From Nitrosopumilus sp. (lineage in GTDB: Archaea; Thermoproteota; Nitrososphaeria; Nitrososphaerales; Nitrosopumilaceae), in the NCBI GenBank assembly GCA_965218695.1, contig OZ244651.1, forward strand, positions 992,001 to 1,056,000: a DNA stretch of 64,000 nucleotides, written 5' to 3'. The position numbers were made by a program, and so were the translations under genes. Below are positions 53,338 to 64,000 of this stretch, piece by piece (position 1 is the first letter of the stretch; every line of letters starts with the position of its first letter). Below the pieces are notes generated by a model that made no database searches, was not told where the DNA came from, and was given only the letters and a program-made list of their open reading frames with translations.

Positions 53338-54343
53338 AGAACTGATAATTTTGCCCAGCGTGCCGGATGCGCAGCTGCCCGAGTTTCTTGCACAACTTGC
53401 AGAAGAGGGCATTCAGACAGTCTATCTTGACCCTGCCAAGGCAGGCAGCATGAAGGCAATCTGGAACTCGGCAGACGGCATGCTGGCAGAGGGGAATTCA
53501 GCCGGAAGGAGGTTCAAGGTACTCTCGAACCAGGACATCGATGACATAATGGCCGCAGCCGAGAAGGGACTGGACTTTGTAATAGTGGAGGTTGATGACT
53601 GGAGGATAATCCCGCTGGAAAACATCATTGCAAAACTGCACAAGGTAAATACCCGAATCCTTGCCATTGCAAGAACCCCTTCAGAAGTGAGAAAGATGTT
53701 CTCAATTCTGGATGTGGGGGTGGACGGGGTGATCCTCAGCACCTCGTCGATCGACGAGGTAAGGGAGGCCACCGTCTATCTTGGAACCACCGCCTTTGAG
53801 ATGAGTCCTGCAGAGATCACCGAGATAAGGGAGGTAGGGGACGGCGAACGCGTCTGCGTTGACACTGCATCCATCCTGCACCTCGGGGAGGGGATGCTTG
53901 TGGGAAGCAGATCAAACTTTCTGTTTCTGGTTCACAACGAGGCTGTGGGCTCGTCATTTACATCGCCAAGACCGTTTCGGGTAAATGCAGGAGCAGTACA
54001 CTGCTACACGCTTGCGCCCGACGGCACCACCAGGTATCTCTCGGAAGTTGAGACAGGAACCGAGGTGCTAATCTTCAATGCCAAGGGGGGCGCCAGGAGG
54101 GCAACTGTCGGAAGATCCAAGATTGAAAGAAGGCCGATGCTGATGATCAAGGCCTCTGCAGGAGACGAGACGGGAGGCATAATTGCACAGGATGCCGAGA
54201 CGATACGCTTTGTAAAACCCGACGGGGAACTGGTATCAGTCACACACCTGCAAAAGGGCGACACCATACTGGTACATTCAAAGGCTGCAACCGGCAGGCA
54301 TTTTGGAATGGAAGTCTCAGATGAATACATCCTGGAAAAATAA
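53324..54343 (+). CDS. aroB': 3-dehydroquinate synthase II
   Basis: [33 protein letters not shown]. Confidence 0.93.
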   Translation: MTKPRELIILPSVPDAQLPEFLAQLAEEGIQTVYLDPAKAGSMKAIWNSADGMLAEGNSAGRRFKVLSNQDIDDIMAAAEKGLDFVIVEVDDWRIIPLENIIAKLHKVNTRILAIARTPSEVRKMFSILDVGVDGVILSTSSIDEVREATVYLGTTAFEMSPAEITEIREVGDGERVCVDTASILHLGEGMLVGSRSNFLFLVHNEAVGSSFTSPRPFRVNAGAVHCYTLAPDGTTRYLSEVETGTEVLIFNAKGGARRATVGRSKIERRPMLMIKASAGDETGGIIAQDAETIRFVKPDGELVSVTHLQKGDTILVHSKAATGRHFGMEVSDEYILEK

Positions 54344-55094
54344 CACGACGCCGTACAGGACGTGCGTGTCTGTAGCAGAGTCCACCCCGCAGAAGACGGC
54401 GCAGACGCTTGCAGAGGCGCTAAAAAAGTCAGACTATGCCGAGGTGAGGTTCGACTATCTGGATTCTGGAGGTGGGGCAGGAATGCAGGAGGCCACAAAG
54501 GGGAGTCTGACGGCCAAGGCCGCTGCCGCCCAGATGTACCCTGGTGTGGTTGCAGAGACGCTGGAGGCCATAAAGGAAAGTCTGGACAGGGTAGTGTGCA
54601 CCCTCAGACCGGTTGCCGAGGGTGGGCGGTTTCAGGGGAGCGAGGAGGAACGAATCAAGACCCTGTCGCTCATTGCGTGGTACAAGCCGTTCCTCTTGGA
54701 CGTGGAGTTTGAGACGCTGCAAAGGTTCCCAATACTTGCAAAACTCATCAAGTCCGCGGGAACAAGACTGCTCGTATCCTGGCATGATTTTAACGGGACC
54801 CCTGACGACGAAAAACTGCAGGCGCAGATGGATGCGATGTTAGAGCATTCGTCCTGGATAAAGCTGGTGTGCATGGCAGAATCAAACGACGATGCGTCAA
54901 GAATGCTTGCGCTGTATGGAAGGAAGGGTGACAGGCACCTGATATCCTTTGCAATGGGCGATCACGGCAGCGCCTCAAGAATCCTGTGCCTGTACCTTGG
55001 CAGCCCGTACACGTACGTCTCGCTTGGACGCGCCGTCGCGCCGGGCCAGATTGACGTTGACCGGATGAGGAAGATAATAGGTGGGGAATGCTGA
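54321..55094 (+). CDS. aroD: 3-dehydroquinate dehydratase, type I
   Basis: EVRFD, TLRP..EGG, DVE, SWHDF..TP, K, MG, SR, APGQ; start uncertain. Confidence 0.9.
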   Translation: MNTSWKNNTTPYRTCVSVAESTPQKTAQTLAEALKKSDYAEVRFDYLDSGGGAGMQEATKGSLTAKAAAAQMYPGVVAETLEAIKESLDRVVCTLRPVAEGGRFQGSEEERIKTLSLIAWYKPFLLDVEFETLQRFPILAKLIKSAGTRLLVSWHDFNGTPDDEKLQAQMDAMLEHSSWIKLVCMAESNDDASRMLALYGRKGDRHLISFAMGDHGSASRILCLYLGSPYTYVSLGRAVAPGQIDVDRMRKIIGGEC

Positions 55095-55336
55095 GGCATC
55101 CGCCCAAGGCAATGCGTGAACTTTGGGATTGGTTGGGCATATTCAAGTGCCAGCGGCAGCAGCACGGCATTCTGCATGACCTGATGCTGCAGGGGAGTTC
55201 AGTCCAAACCAACTGCCGCCAACCTGCGTTTTGTGTAGGCTGTCGCAAAAGACTGACTTGGGCATGATGCCCGGCGGCAACTGTCTGATTCACCCTGTTA
55301 AGAATTTAAATTCGTCGTGCCGCCTCGAAGAGTACG

Positions 55337-56161
55337 ATGACTAAAACGTTTGCCGTAATCGGTGATCCCATTGATCACTCCATGTCCCCAAACATCCACA
55401 GTGCAGCATTCAGGGAGCTTGGCATGGACTGTGCATACATTGCATACAGGATTCCAAGGGGCGAGCTTGAGGAGGGTCTGGAGGGCCTCAGGAGGATCAA
55501 AGTCGACGGGTTCAACGTTACAATCCCCCACAAGATTGAGATGATGCGGCATCTTGACCGGGTCGACGAGTCATGCAGCCTGATCGGCGCAGTCAACACC
55601 GTTACAAACAGGGACGGATTGCTCAAGGGGTACAACACTGACATGGACGGATTTCTGGATCCCCTCAAAGAGAGGTGCCCTGACATGGGCGGTTCGTCCG
55701 TATTGCTGCTTGGCGCCGGGGGAGCCGCAAGGGCGCTGGTCACGGCATTTGCAAGGGAGGGCGCATCAGACATCACGATTGCAAACAGGACAGTCCCGAG
55801 GGCAGCCGGCCTTGCAGAGTTTGCCCGGAGGATGCACCTGAAGTCTAAGGCGGTAGGAATCGACAGCATAGGGGATTCTGCAAAAGACTACGACATTATC
55901 GTAAATGCCACTGCCGCAGGACTCAGGGGGGAGCCCAGCCCGATCTCCCTGGAGGGCATATCTGCAGACACCATAGTGTACGATATAGTGTACTCCCCGA
56001 TGAATACGGACTTTATCCGGAAGGCAAAGGAAGAAAAGGCTGTCATAATCTTTGGTTATGAGATGCTTTTGGGACAGGCGGCAAGAACCTTTGAGATTTG
56101 GCACGACGGCATCAAGCCACCATACAAGGCCATGAAGCGGGCGCTGCTTGGAGGGTTCTGA
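55337..56161 (+). CDS. aroE: Shikimate dehydrogenase
   Basis: HSMSP, NVTIPHK, GAVNT, NTD, GAGGAA, NRT. Confidence 0.95.
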   Translation: MTKTFAVIGDPIDHSMSPNIHSAAFRELGMDCAYIAYRIPRGELEEGLEGLRRIKVDGFNVTIPHKIEMMRHLDRVDESCSLIGAVNTVTNRDGLLKGYNTDMDGFLDPLKERCPDMGGSSVLLLGAGGAARALVTAFAREGASDITIANRTVPRAAGLAEFARRMHLKSKAVGIDSIGDSAKDYDIIVNATAAGLRGEPSPISLEGISADTIVYDIVYSPMNTDFIRKAKEEKAVIIFGYEMLLGQAARTFEIWHDGIKPPYKAMKRALLGGF

Positions 56162-57001
56162 TGGCTGAAGCAAGGGCCACCGTTCACGGTGCAGTATCGC
56201 TTGTAAACGCAATAGCCATCCAGAAGGGCGCCACTGTGGGAATCGCCCTGAAGGTGGAGGCGACGGTACGTACGGAGCCTGGAAAGGGGGTCGTCATACG
56301 GTCCGACAAGCCTACAAGCTCCCGACTCGTACTCGGCACGGTGGCAAAGATAGCCTCAAAGAGAAACATGGATCAGAACAGGATTACAGTATCGCTTGAC
56401 TCTGAGATTCCTGCAGGATACGGGCTAAAGAGTTCGAGTGCCATCTCGAGTTCCGTGGCCCTGGCGTGCGCGCGGATCTTCAAACCCGGACTCACAGACA
56501 GGCAGATCCTGCTTGCAGGCGTCAACGCCTCAATCGAGTCCAAGGTCAGCATCACGGGTGCGTATGACGATGCATGTTCATGCTACTATGGTGGGTTCAA
56601 CGTTACTGACAATGCAAGGAGGAGAAGGATCGCATTCGAGGACGGCCCGTCAGACATGACTGCAGTGATCCACATTCCCAAAAAGAGAAAGAGGGGAAAC
56701 CTCAAGAACCTCAGGATACTCTCCCCCGTGTTTGGGCACGCCTGGGATCTGGCAAGGGATGCAAGATACTGGGATGCCATGACAATCAACGGGCTGGCAA
56801 CTGCGGCCGTGCTGGGACGCAATTCGGGAATCATTACGGATCTTGTCGGGCAGGGCGCAGTCGGCGCATCAATATCCGGGAACGGCCCTGCAATCGCAGC
56901 GGTGGTCCAAAAGGGCGACGAATCGGGAGTCAAGAAGGTGTTTGCAGCACTAGACGGAGCCACCATACTTTCAGACATAAGCAACACAAAGGCGCATGTG
57001 C

Positions 57002-57012
<11 letters not shown>
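56161..57012 (+). CDS. aroK: Archaeal shikimate kinase (GHMP)
   Basis: NAIA, IPAGYGLKSSSA, TGAYDD, SGNGP. Confidence 0.93.
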
Positions 57013-58363
<1,351 letters not shown>

Positions 58364-58649
58364 CACGATCCCGTATATGGCAGGATACACACACTCCTAT
58401 CCACAACGCCTTTGCGTTGATAACATGCATTTTTCACGGGATCGCGCAGGTTATGCCATGAAATTTACATGTTTGACCATGTAACACATACGTAATTATG
58501 ATATATAACAGTTAATTGTAATTTTTACAAGTAATGTGTCCAAAACCATGATTTATTGGGCTTGGTCATGCCGGAACATTTCTCAGAACCCGGGTTCCGT
58601 CTGGATGTGAACCGTGCAAGATGCCGTGCTGGTCGGATTGCATGAGCGT

Positions 58650-58681
<32 letters not shown>

Positions 58682-58765
58682 CATCTGCATCATTCGGGCC
58701 AGGCGTGCCTGTGATGGGCATTGCAGGAATGAGGAATTATAAGCATGGTTTGATTCTGATATTGT

Positions 58766-59860
58766 ATGCCGGGAAACTCCATTGGCCAGCGTCTGGTGCT
58801 GACAAGCTTTGGCGAAAGCCATGGGAAGGTCATCGGGGCGGTTCTGGACGGATGCCCCGCAGGACTGGAGCTTGACGAGTCTGATATTCAGGATATGCTT
58901 GACAAGAGAAGGCCTGGCCAGAACATCATCTCAACACAGAGAAAGGAGACTGATGTTGTGGAGATTATATCGGGGGTATTTAGGGGGCATACCACCGGAG
59001 CACCGATTACAATGCTGATATGCAACAGCGATCAGAGATCCAAAGATTATGATGAGATGAGGACAAGGCTGAGACCGGGCCATTCGGACTATCCTGCGAT
59101 GGTAAAGTACGGCAGATACAATGACTACCGGGGAGGGGGCAGGTTCTCCGGAAGACTGACTGCCACCCACGTGATGGGTGGCGCCATTGCAAGAAAGCTT
59201 CTGTTGGTCGCCATGGGAGTGAGGACCGACTCGTATACGCTCCAGATAGGCAGTACAAGGATGAAGAAGGAGTTTGCCCCAGAAATGTCAGGCTCAATTT
59301 ATAAAAACGAGGTCAGGTGCCCGGAAGCCGGGACCGCAGAGAAGATGCGCAAGGAGATCCTGAATGCAAAAAAGAACGGGGACTCGCTTGGCGGAATAAT
59401 CGAGTCAGTCACAACCAACGTCCCGACGGGACTTGGCGAGCCGATATTCGGCTCGCTGGAATCGGATCTGGGAAAGGCGATATTCTCAATCCCGTCAGTC
59501 AAGGGCGTGGAGTTTGGCTCCGGATTTGCGGGATCAGGGTTGCGAGGCTCAGAGAACAACGATATCTATACCGTCCGGAAGGGAAAGATAGTCACAAGGA
59601 CCAACAACTCGGGCGGGATTCTTGGCGGGATATCAATCGGCATGCCCATTACCATGAGGGTGGCCTTCAAGCCGGCATCGTCCATTGCCCAGAAGCAGGA
59701 TACCGTAGACATCGATACTAACAGGAAGGCGGTGCTCAGCGTAAAGGGAAGGCACGATCCGTGTGTGGTTCCAAGGGCCCCGCCGGTTGTGGACTCGCTT
59801 GTGGCGCTGACAATAGCAGATCATGCCCTGATGGCAGGAGAGATCAAGCCGGTTTTGTAG
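58766..59860 (+). CDS. aroC: Chorismate synthase
   Basis: FGESHG, RPGHSD, GGGRFSGR, NNSGGILGG, RHDPC. Confidence 0.97.
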   Translation: MPGNSIGQRLVLTSFGESHGKVIGAVLDGCPAGLELDESDIQDMLDKRRPGQNIISTQRKETDVVEIISGVFRGHTTGAPITMLICNSDQRSKDYDEMRTRLRPGHSDYPAMVKYGRYNDYRGGGRFSGRLTATHVMGGAIARKLLLVAMGVRTDSYTLQIGSTRMKKEFAPEMSGSIYKNEVRCPEAGTAEKMRKEILNAKKNGDSLGGIIESVTTNVPTGLGEPIFGSLESDLGKAIFSIPSVKGVEFGSGFAGSGLRGSENNDIYTVRKGKIVTRTNNSGGILGGISIGMPITMRVAFKPASSIAQKQDTVDIDTNRKAVLSVKGRHDPCVVPRAPPVVDSLVALTIADHALMAGEIKPVL

Positions 59861-59861
59861 C

Positions 59862-61232
59862 ATGTCTGAGATAGATAGGCTCCGAGAGGAGATGGACACG
59901 GTGACCCTTGACATGATACGGTTGCTGGATATCAGGATTGAGATATCCAAGAAGATGGGTGCTGCAAAGAGACGCAGCGGCGTGGCAGTCAGTGACGAGG
60001 TGCGGGAGGCGGACCTGCGCGACAAGGTGACGCGTCTATGCGGCGAACTCGGTCTGGACAGGTCAGTTGCGGTGCGGTTCCTAAGCTACATGATAAACGA
60101 GTCAGTAAAGGTCCAGTCAGCAGACATCCGGACACACCTGGCAGTATTTCTCAAGGCAAAATCGCTAGAGGCGCAGGGCAGAAGAATAATACACATGGAG
60201 ATCGGCGAGCCGGACTTTATGCCTCCTGGCATCGTCCGGGATGCGCTGACAGATGCCTTTGACAAGGGGTTCTGCAAGTACGGCCCGGCCACGGGCATTC
60301 CCGCATTCAGGGGGGCGCTTGCCGGATACGCCTCCAAAAAATTCAATGCCGATGTGACACCAGATAACGTCATCGTAAGTCCGGGTGCCCGTTTTTCAAT
60401 ATTTGCCGCAATCACGACGCTTCTCAATCCGGGAGACGAGATGATAGTAATCGAGCCTGCATGGTCTGCATACCGGGACTGCGCCCTGCACGCAGGAGTC
60501 AAGGTCAAGACAGTCCGCACCACCCTGGCAGACAGATGGGAGCCGTCCGTGGGGCAGATACAAGAGAAGATCAGTGAAAACACAAAGATGATCGTGCTCA
60601 ACTACCCAAACAACCCCACGGGAATGATTCTGGATGCAAAAGTGCAAGATGGGATAATGAAGGCTGCCATGGAAGATGATCTGTACGTGCTTAGCGATGA
60701 GATCTATTCAGAGTATGCAGGGCCGGGCTGGAAGAGCATTCTGGAGTACGGCTACAAGAAAAGCATAGTCACGCAGTCCTTCTCAAAGTCACACGCCATG
60801 ACCGGCTTTAGAATCGGGTTTGCAGTGGCTCACCAGGACATAATCCGAAAGATGGCCCGGCTGTGGTCGCTGTGCATAACAAGCGTTGCAGAGCCTGTCC
60901 AGTATGCCGCCATGAGGGCCCTTGAGGCAGACACGTCAGGCAACGCAGAGACGATACGGGGAAGGCTTGAGGTGCTGGTACAAAAGGCCGGAGAGATAGG
61001 ACTGGACTTTGTCGCCCCTGACGGCGCGATGTACCTGTTTGCAAGGATCAACCGGGACGGCTTTGACGGGGTCCGTTTTGCAGACAGGGCACTTGAAAGG
61101 GGCCTGGCGGTGGCCCCGGGAGAGGGGTTTGGCAACTACAAGGACTTTATCCGAATATCCGCATGCAGGGATGAAAAAACACTAATTGAGGGGTTGCATA
61201 TATTGGGTGACATTATGGACGAGGCGCAATGA
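59862..61232 (+). CDS. Chorismate mutase (AroQ)-class I/II aminotransferase fusion
   Basis: N-terminal LREEMD...R...K....D..RE; then GEPDF, NYPNNPTG, SDEIY, SFSKSHAMTGFRIG. Confidence 0.9.
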   Translation: MSEIDRLREEMDTVTLDMIRLLDIRIEISKKMGAAKRRSGVAVSDEVREADLRDKVTRLCGELGLDRSVAVRFLSYMINESVKVQSADIRTHLAVFLKAKSLEAQGRRIIHMEIGEPDFMPPGIVRDALTDAFDKGFCKYGPATGIPAFRGALAGYASKKFNADVTPDNVIVSPGARFSIFAAITTLLNPGDEMIVIEPAWSAYRDCALHAGVKVKTVRTTLADRWEPSVGQIQEKISENTKMIVLNYPNNPTGMILDAKVQDGIMKAAMEDDLYVLSDEIYSEYAGPGWKSILEYGYKKSIVTQSFSKSHAMTGFRIGFAVAHQDIIRKMARLWSLCITSVAEPVQYAAMRALEADTSGNAETIRGRLEVLVQKAGEIGLDFVAPDGAMYLFARINRDGFDGVRFADRALERGLAVAPGEGFGNYKDFIRISACRDEKTLIEGLHILGDIMDEAQ

Positions 61233-62077
61233 AGATTACAGTGATTGGTGCAGGGGGCCAGATGGGGCAGTGGTTTACAAAATACTTTGTCAGTAAGGGT
61301 TTTGAGGTGACAGGGTATGACCCGGAAAACGAGGTGTCCGGAAAGAATGTCACTGTTGGAAACTCGCTGGTCGGCTCGGTTCTCAAAACCGACTACGTCA
61401 TGCTGTGCACCCCTACAAGAAGGACGCCTGAGATCATCAGGCTTATTGCAAAGGAGATGCAGAGGGGAACGTACCTCATCGATATATCCTCTGAGAAATC
61501 CAAGGTCGCATCGTCCCTCTCAAGGATGCCGGCAAAGATAAACCCCATATGCATACACCCGATGTTTGGCCCCGGGATAAAGACGATAAAGGGCCAGAAC
61601 ATCATTGCAATTCCCATAAGGGACGCCAAAAAGGAGCTAGACGTTGTCAAATCGCTCTTTGGGGAGGCCAACTTTGTTACCATTGATGCAGCAGAGCATG
61701 ACAAGAAAATTGCAGTGATTCTGGGGCTGACCCATCTGATTAACTTGGTATTTGCAAGCATCATCTCAAAGAACGAGAAGGTCCTGCTTACCGAGAGGAT
61801 GTCTGGAACCACGTTCAGGGTGCAAAAGACACTGGCAGAGAGCATCATGAGGGAGTCCCCGGAGCTCATCGAGACGATCATCGCAAATCCGGATATCCGC
61901 AAGTTTGCAGAGGAACTCTGGAAGGACATCGGCCGGCTCATTACGTCCGTCCAGGAATCCAAGACAGAAGAGATCCTCCAGTACATCAAGGACTGCCAGG
62001 AAAGACTTGCAGCGCATACTGACATCGACGAGTCCTACAAGAGACTTGCAAAGATGGTAAAGGCAGTTGAAAAGTAG
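61229..62077 (+). CDS. tyrA: Prephenate/arogenate dehydrogenase
   Basis: GAGGQMG, DISSEK, HPMFGP, EHD...LTH. Confidence 0.92.
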   Translation: MKITVIGAGGQMGQWFTKYFVSKGFEVTGYDPENEVSGKNVTVGNSLVGSVLKTDYVMLCTPTRRTPEIIRLIAKEMQRGTYLIDISSEKSKVASSLSRMPAKINPICIHPMFGPGIKTIKGQNIIAIPIRDAKKELDVVKSLFGEANFVTIDAAEHDKKIAVILGLTHLINLVFASIISKNEKVLLTERMSGTTFRVQKTLAESIMRESPELIETIIANPDIRKFAEELWKDIGRLITSVQESKTEEILQYIKDCQERLAAHTDIDESYKRLAKMVKAVEK

Positions 62078-62085
62078 TAGGTAGG

Positions 62086-62490
62086 ATGCGCTCTACAAAG
62101 ATAGTCACATCGTTTATCATGGATGGAAACCAGATACTGATCCTCAAAAGGAGCAGTAGCGTAAGATCCATGAAGTGGCTGTGGGCAGGCATCAGCGGCA
62201 TCATCGAGCGCAACGAGGATCCGCTAAAGAGGGCAAAGATTGAGATATTCGAGGAGGTCGGAATCCCGGAGGATAGGATCGTCCTGATCAACTCTGCAGA
62301 CCAGATGACAGTCAGCTCGCCGCAGTACAGGAACCACGAGTGGAGGATATTTCCGTTCCTCTTTGAGGCAAGGAACCCGACGATCAGACTGAACTGGGAG
62401 AACTCCGAGTTCAAATGGATAGGAATCGACGAACTGAACAACTACAGGACCGTCCCCAGCCTTCAAAGGGTTCTACTCAGCCTGCTGTAG
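62086..62490 (+). CDS. NUDIX hydrolase
   Basis: SGIIERNEDPLKRAKIEIFEEVG. Confidence 0.85.
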   Translation: MRSTKIVTSFIMDGNQILILKRSSSVRSMKWLWAGISGIIERNEDPLKRAKIEIFEEVGIPEDRIVLINSADQMTVSSPQYRNHEWRIFPFLFEARNPTIRLNWENSEFKWIGIDELNNYRTVPSLQRVLLSLL

Positions 62491-63798
62491 GACGGCGCTC
62501 TCGGCGTAGTTCTTCTGCTGTGGCAGCATCATGTAGACGCACGCCCCGCCGCACATGGTGCACGGCACATTGTTCCCCGGGTGTTGTCCGGTTCTGTTGT
62601 GGATCCGTGCAGCCTCTTCGGGATCAATGGACAGCGCAATCTGCTTCTCCCAGTCAAGGGTGCGCCTGGCCTCGGTCATCTCCGTATCCCATTTGATCGC
62701 CTTGTCCCGAATCTTGACAAGGTCGCCTGCGTGTGCTGCAATCCTGTATGCGATGAGTCCGGCCTTGACATCCTCCACGTTTGGCAGCGCCAGGTGTTCT
62801 GACGGGGTAAGGTAGCACAGTAAGTCGACGCCCTCGCTTGCAGAGATCGCCGCGCCTATGGCGCTTGCGATGTGATCGTGTCCGGAGGCAATGTCAGTCA
62901 CCAGCGGCCCGAGGACATAATAGGGCACGTCGCCAATCAGGGACTTTGCCAGTCGCACGTTGGCTGCAACCTCGTTGAGCGGCACATGGCCTGGCCCCTC
63001 CACCATCACCTGGACGTCCTGCTGGTGCGCGCGCTTTGTCAGCTGAGCGATGTTTATCATCTCCTGGACCTGCAGCTCGTCATGGGAGTCCAGTATTGAT
63101 CCCGGCCTGAGTGCATCCCCGAGGCTGAACGTAACGTCGTATTTTTTTGCAATCTCCATCAGGTAGTCATAGTGTGTCAGGTAGGGATTCTCCTTGTCGT
63201 GCTTTAGCATCCATGCAGCAGTGATTGTGCCGCCCTTGCTGACAACGCCGCCGTGTCGCCTGACTTGGAGTATCCTCTTTGCAATGGCCTTGGTGATTCC
63301 GCAGTGGATTGTGGTATAGTCCACCCCGTCCTTGGCGTTGTTTTCAAAGGCATTCAGGTAGTCATCCTCAGTCAGGTTCAGCGGGTTCTTGTGGACGCTT
63401 ACACCATAGTTGTACGCCTCGTATATTGGAACGGTCCCAAACGTTATGGGCGCCGTATCGAGAAGGCTCCTCCGTATCTCCCCGACATCCCCGCCGTCGC
63501 TGAGATCCATTATCGTGTCTGCGTGATACTTTACAGCGGTCTTGGCCTTTTTGATCTCCTCGCCCAGGTTGACATTCAGGGTGGACGTTCCGATGTTTAC
63601 ATTTACCTTCGTCTTGAGGCCACGCCCTATCCCGACATTGTGTATGTTTTGCGGGCGCCGGTTGTTGCTGGGAATTATGATCGAGCCGCGGGCGATCTTT
63701 GGGATGAGCCATTCCAGGGAGACGTCCTCGTCCCTTGCCACCTGCCGCATCTCGTCAGTAGCGACACCGCGGCGGGCAGCAGTCATTTGCGTAGCCAT
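62473..63798 (-). CDS. thiC: Phosphomethylpyrimidine synthase
   Basis: MDLS, GTVPIY, SLGDALRPG, EGPGH, LGPLVTD, CTMCG..C. Confidence 0.97.
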   Translation of the reverse strand: MATQMTAARRGVATDEMRQVARDEDVSLEWLIPKIARGSIIIPSNNRRPQNIHNVGIGRGLKTKVNVNIGTSTLNVNLGEEIKKAKTAVKYHADTIMDLSDGGDVGEIRRSLLDTAPITFGTVPIYEAYNYGVSVHKNPLNLTEDDYLNAFENNAKDGVDYTTIHCGITKAIAKRILQVRRHGGVVSKGGTITAAWMLKHDKENPYLTHYDYLMEIAKKYDVTFSLGDALRPGSILDSHDELQVQEMINIAQLTKRAHQQDVQVMVEGPGHVPLNEVAANVRLAKSLIGDVPYYVLGPLVTDIASGHDHIASAIGAAISASEGVDLLCYLTPSEHLALPNVEDVKAGLIAYRIAAHAGDLVKIRDKAIKWDTEMTEARRTLDWEKQIALSIDPEEAARIHNRTGQHPGNNVPCTMCGGACVYMMLPQQKNYAESAVLQQAE

Positions 63799-64000
63799 TA
63801 GTCAGTATGAACCCTCACCTGATTTAAACAGATACGGTACCCTCCACCTCATGAGGGGCCGTGGCGCACAGGGCCTTCCTGGCACGTGGTGCTTGGCAAG
63901 GTAGCCTATGGCCATCTTGGGGTGGCGCAGGGCACTCTACGCTCGACCTTCGGCCGCGGAGTCATTCTCCCCGGCGGGGGCGTCCTGGATTTCCTTCTCC

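Noticed and set aside
59862-61232. Chorismate mutase-aminotransferase fusion as a novelty
   Set aside because: Fits the pathway context and, to my knowledge, is usual in this lineage
63799-64000. TPP riboswitch upstream of thiC
   Set aside because: No recognisable TPP aptamer core; a TATA-like TTTAAA about 30 bp upstream suggests a leaderless transcript

Overview
Archaeal window, most likely Nitrososphaerota (Nitrosopumilaceae-like). This is inferred from the class I LysRS, archaeal aroA'/aroB'/GHMP shikimate kinase, Elp3, the UbiD+MqnC pair and leaderless genes with TATA boxes. Housekeeping blocks are the trp operon (1-5036), lysS/elp3, tRNA-Arg(GCG), aquaporin, bcp, the aro/tyr operon (52549-62077) and thiC. 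They are interleaved with about nine IS elements (IS66 x3, IS630 x3 plus a MITE, ISH3-like, IS5 x2), many gene remnants and unusual microsatellites, a pattern suggestive of a host-associated lineage undergoing IS expansion. A decayed island (~6.1-17 kb) holds an integrase remnant, PD-(D/E)XK nucleases and an R-M methylase fragment. It also holds the most striking feature, missed by the ORF track: a tandem array of six ~144-bp mini-genes (7746-8606; five intact, one frameshifted). Each intact unit encodes a 46-aa ribbon-helix-helix-like protein; the copies are mosaic and vary at the predicted DNA-reading strand. Two paralogous multi-AT-hook repeat proteins (42-45.5 kb) and a 30x TAG stop-codon microsatellite are also notable. 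All family calls come from motif reading, not database searches.
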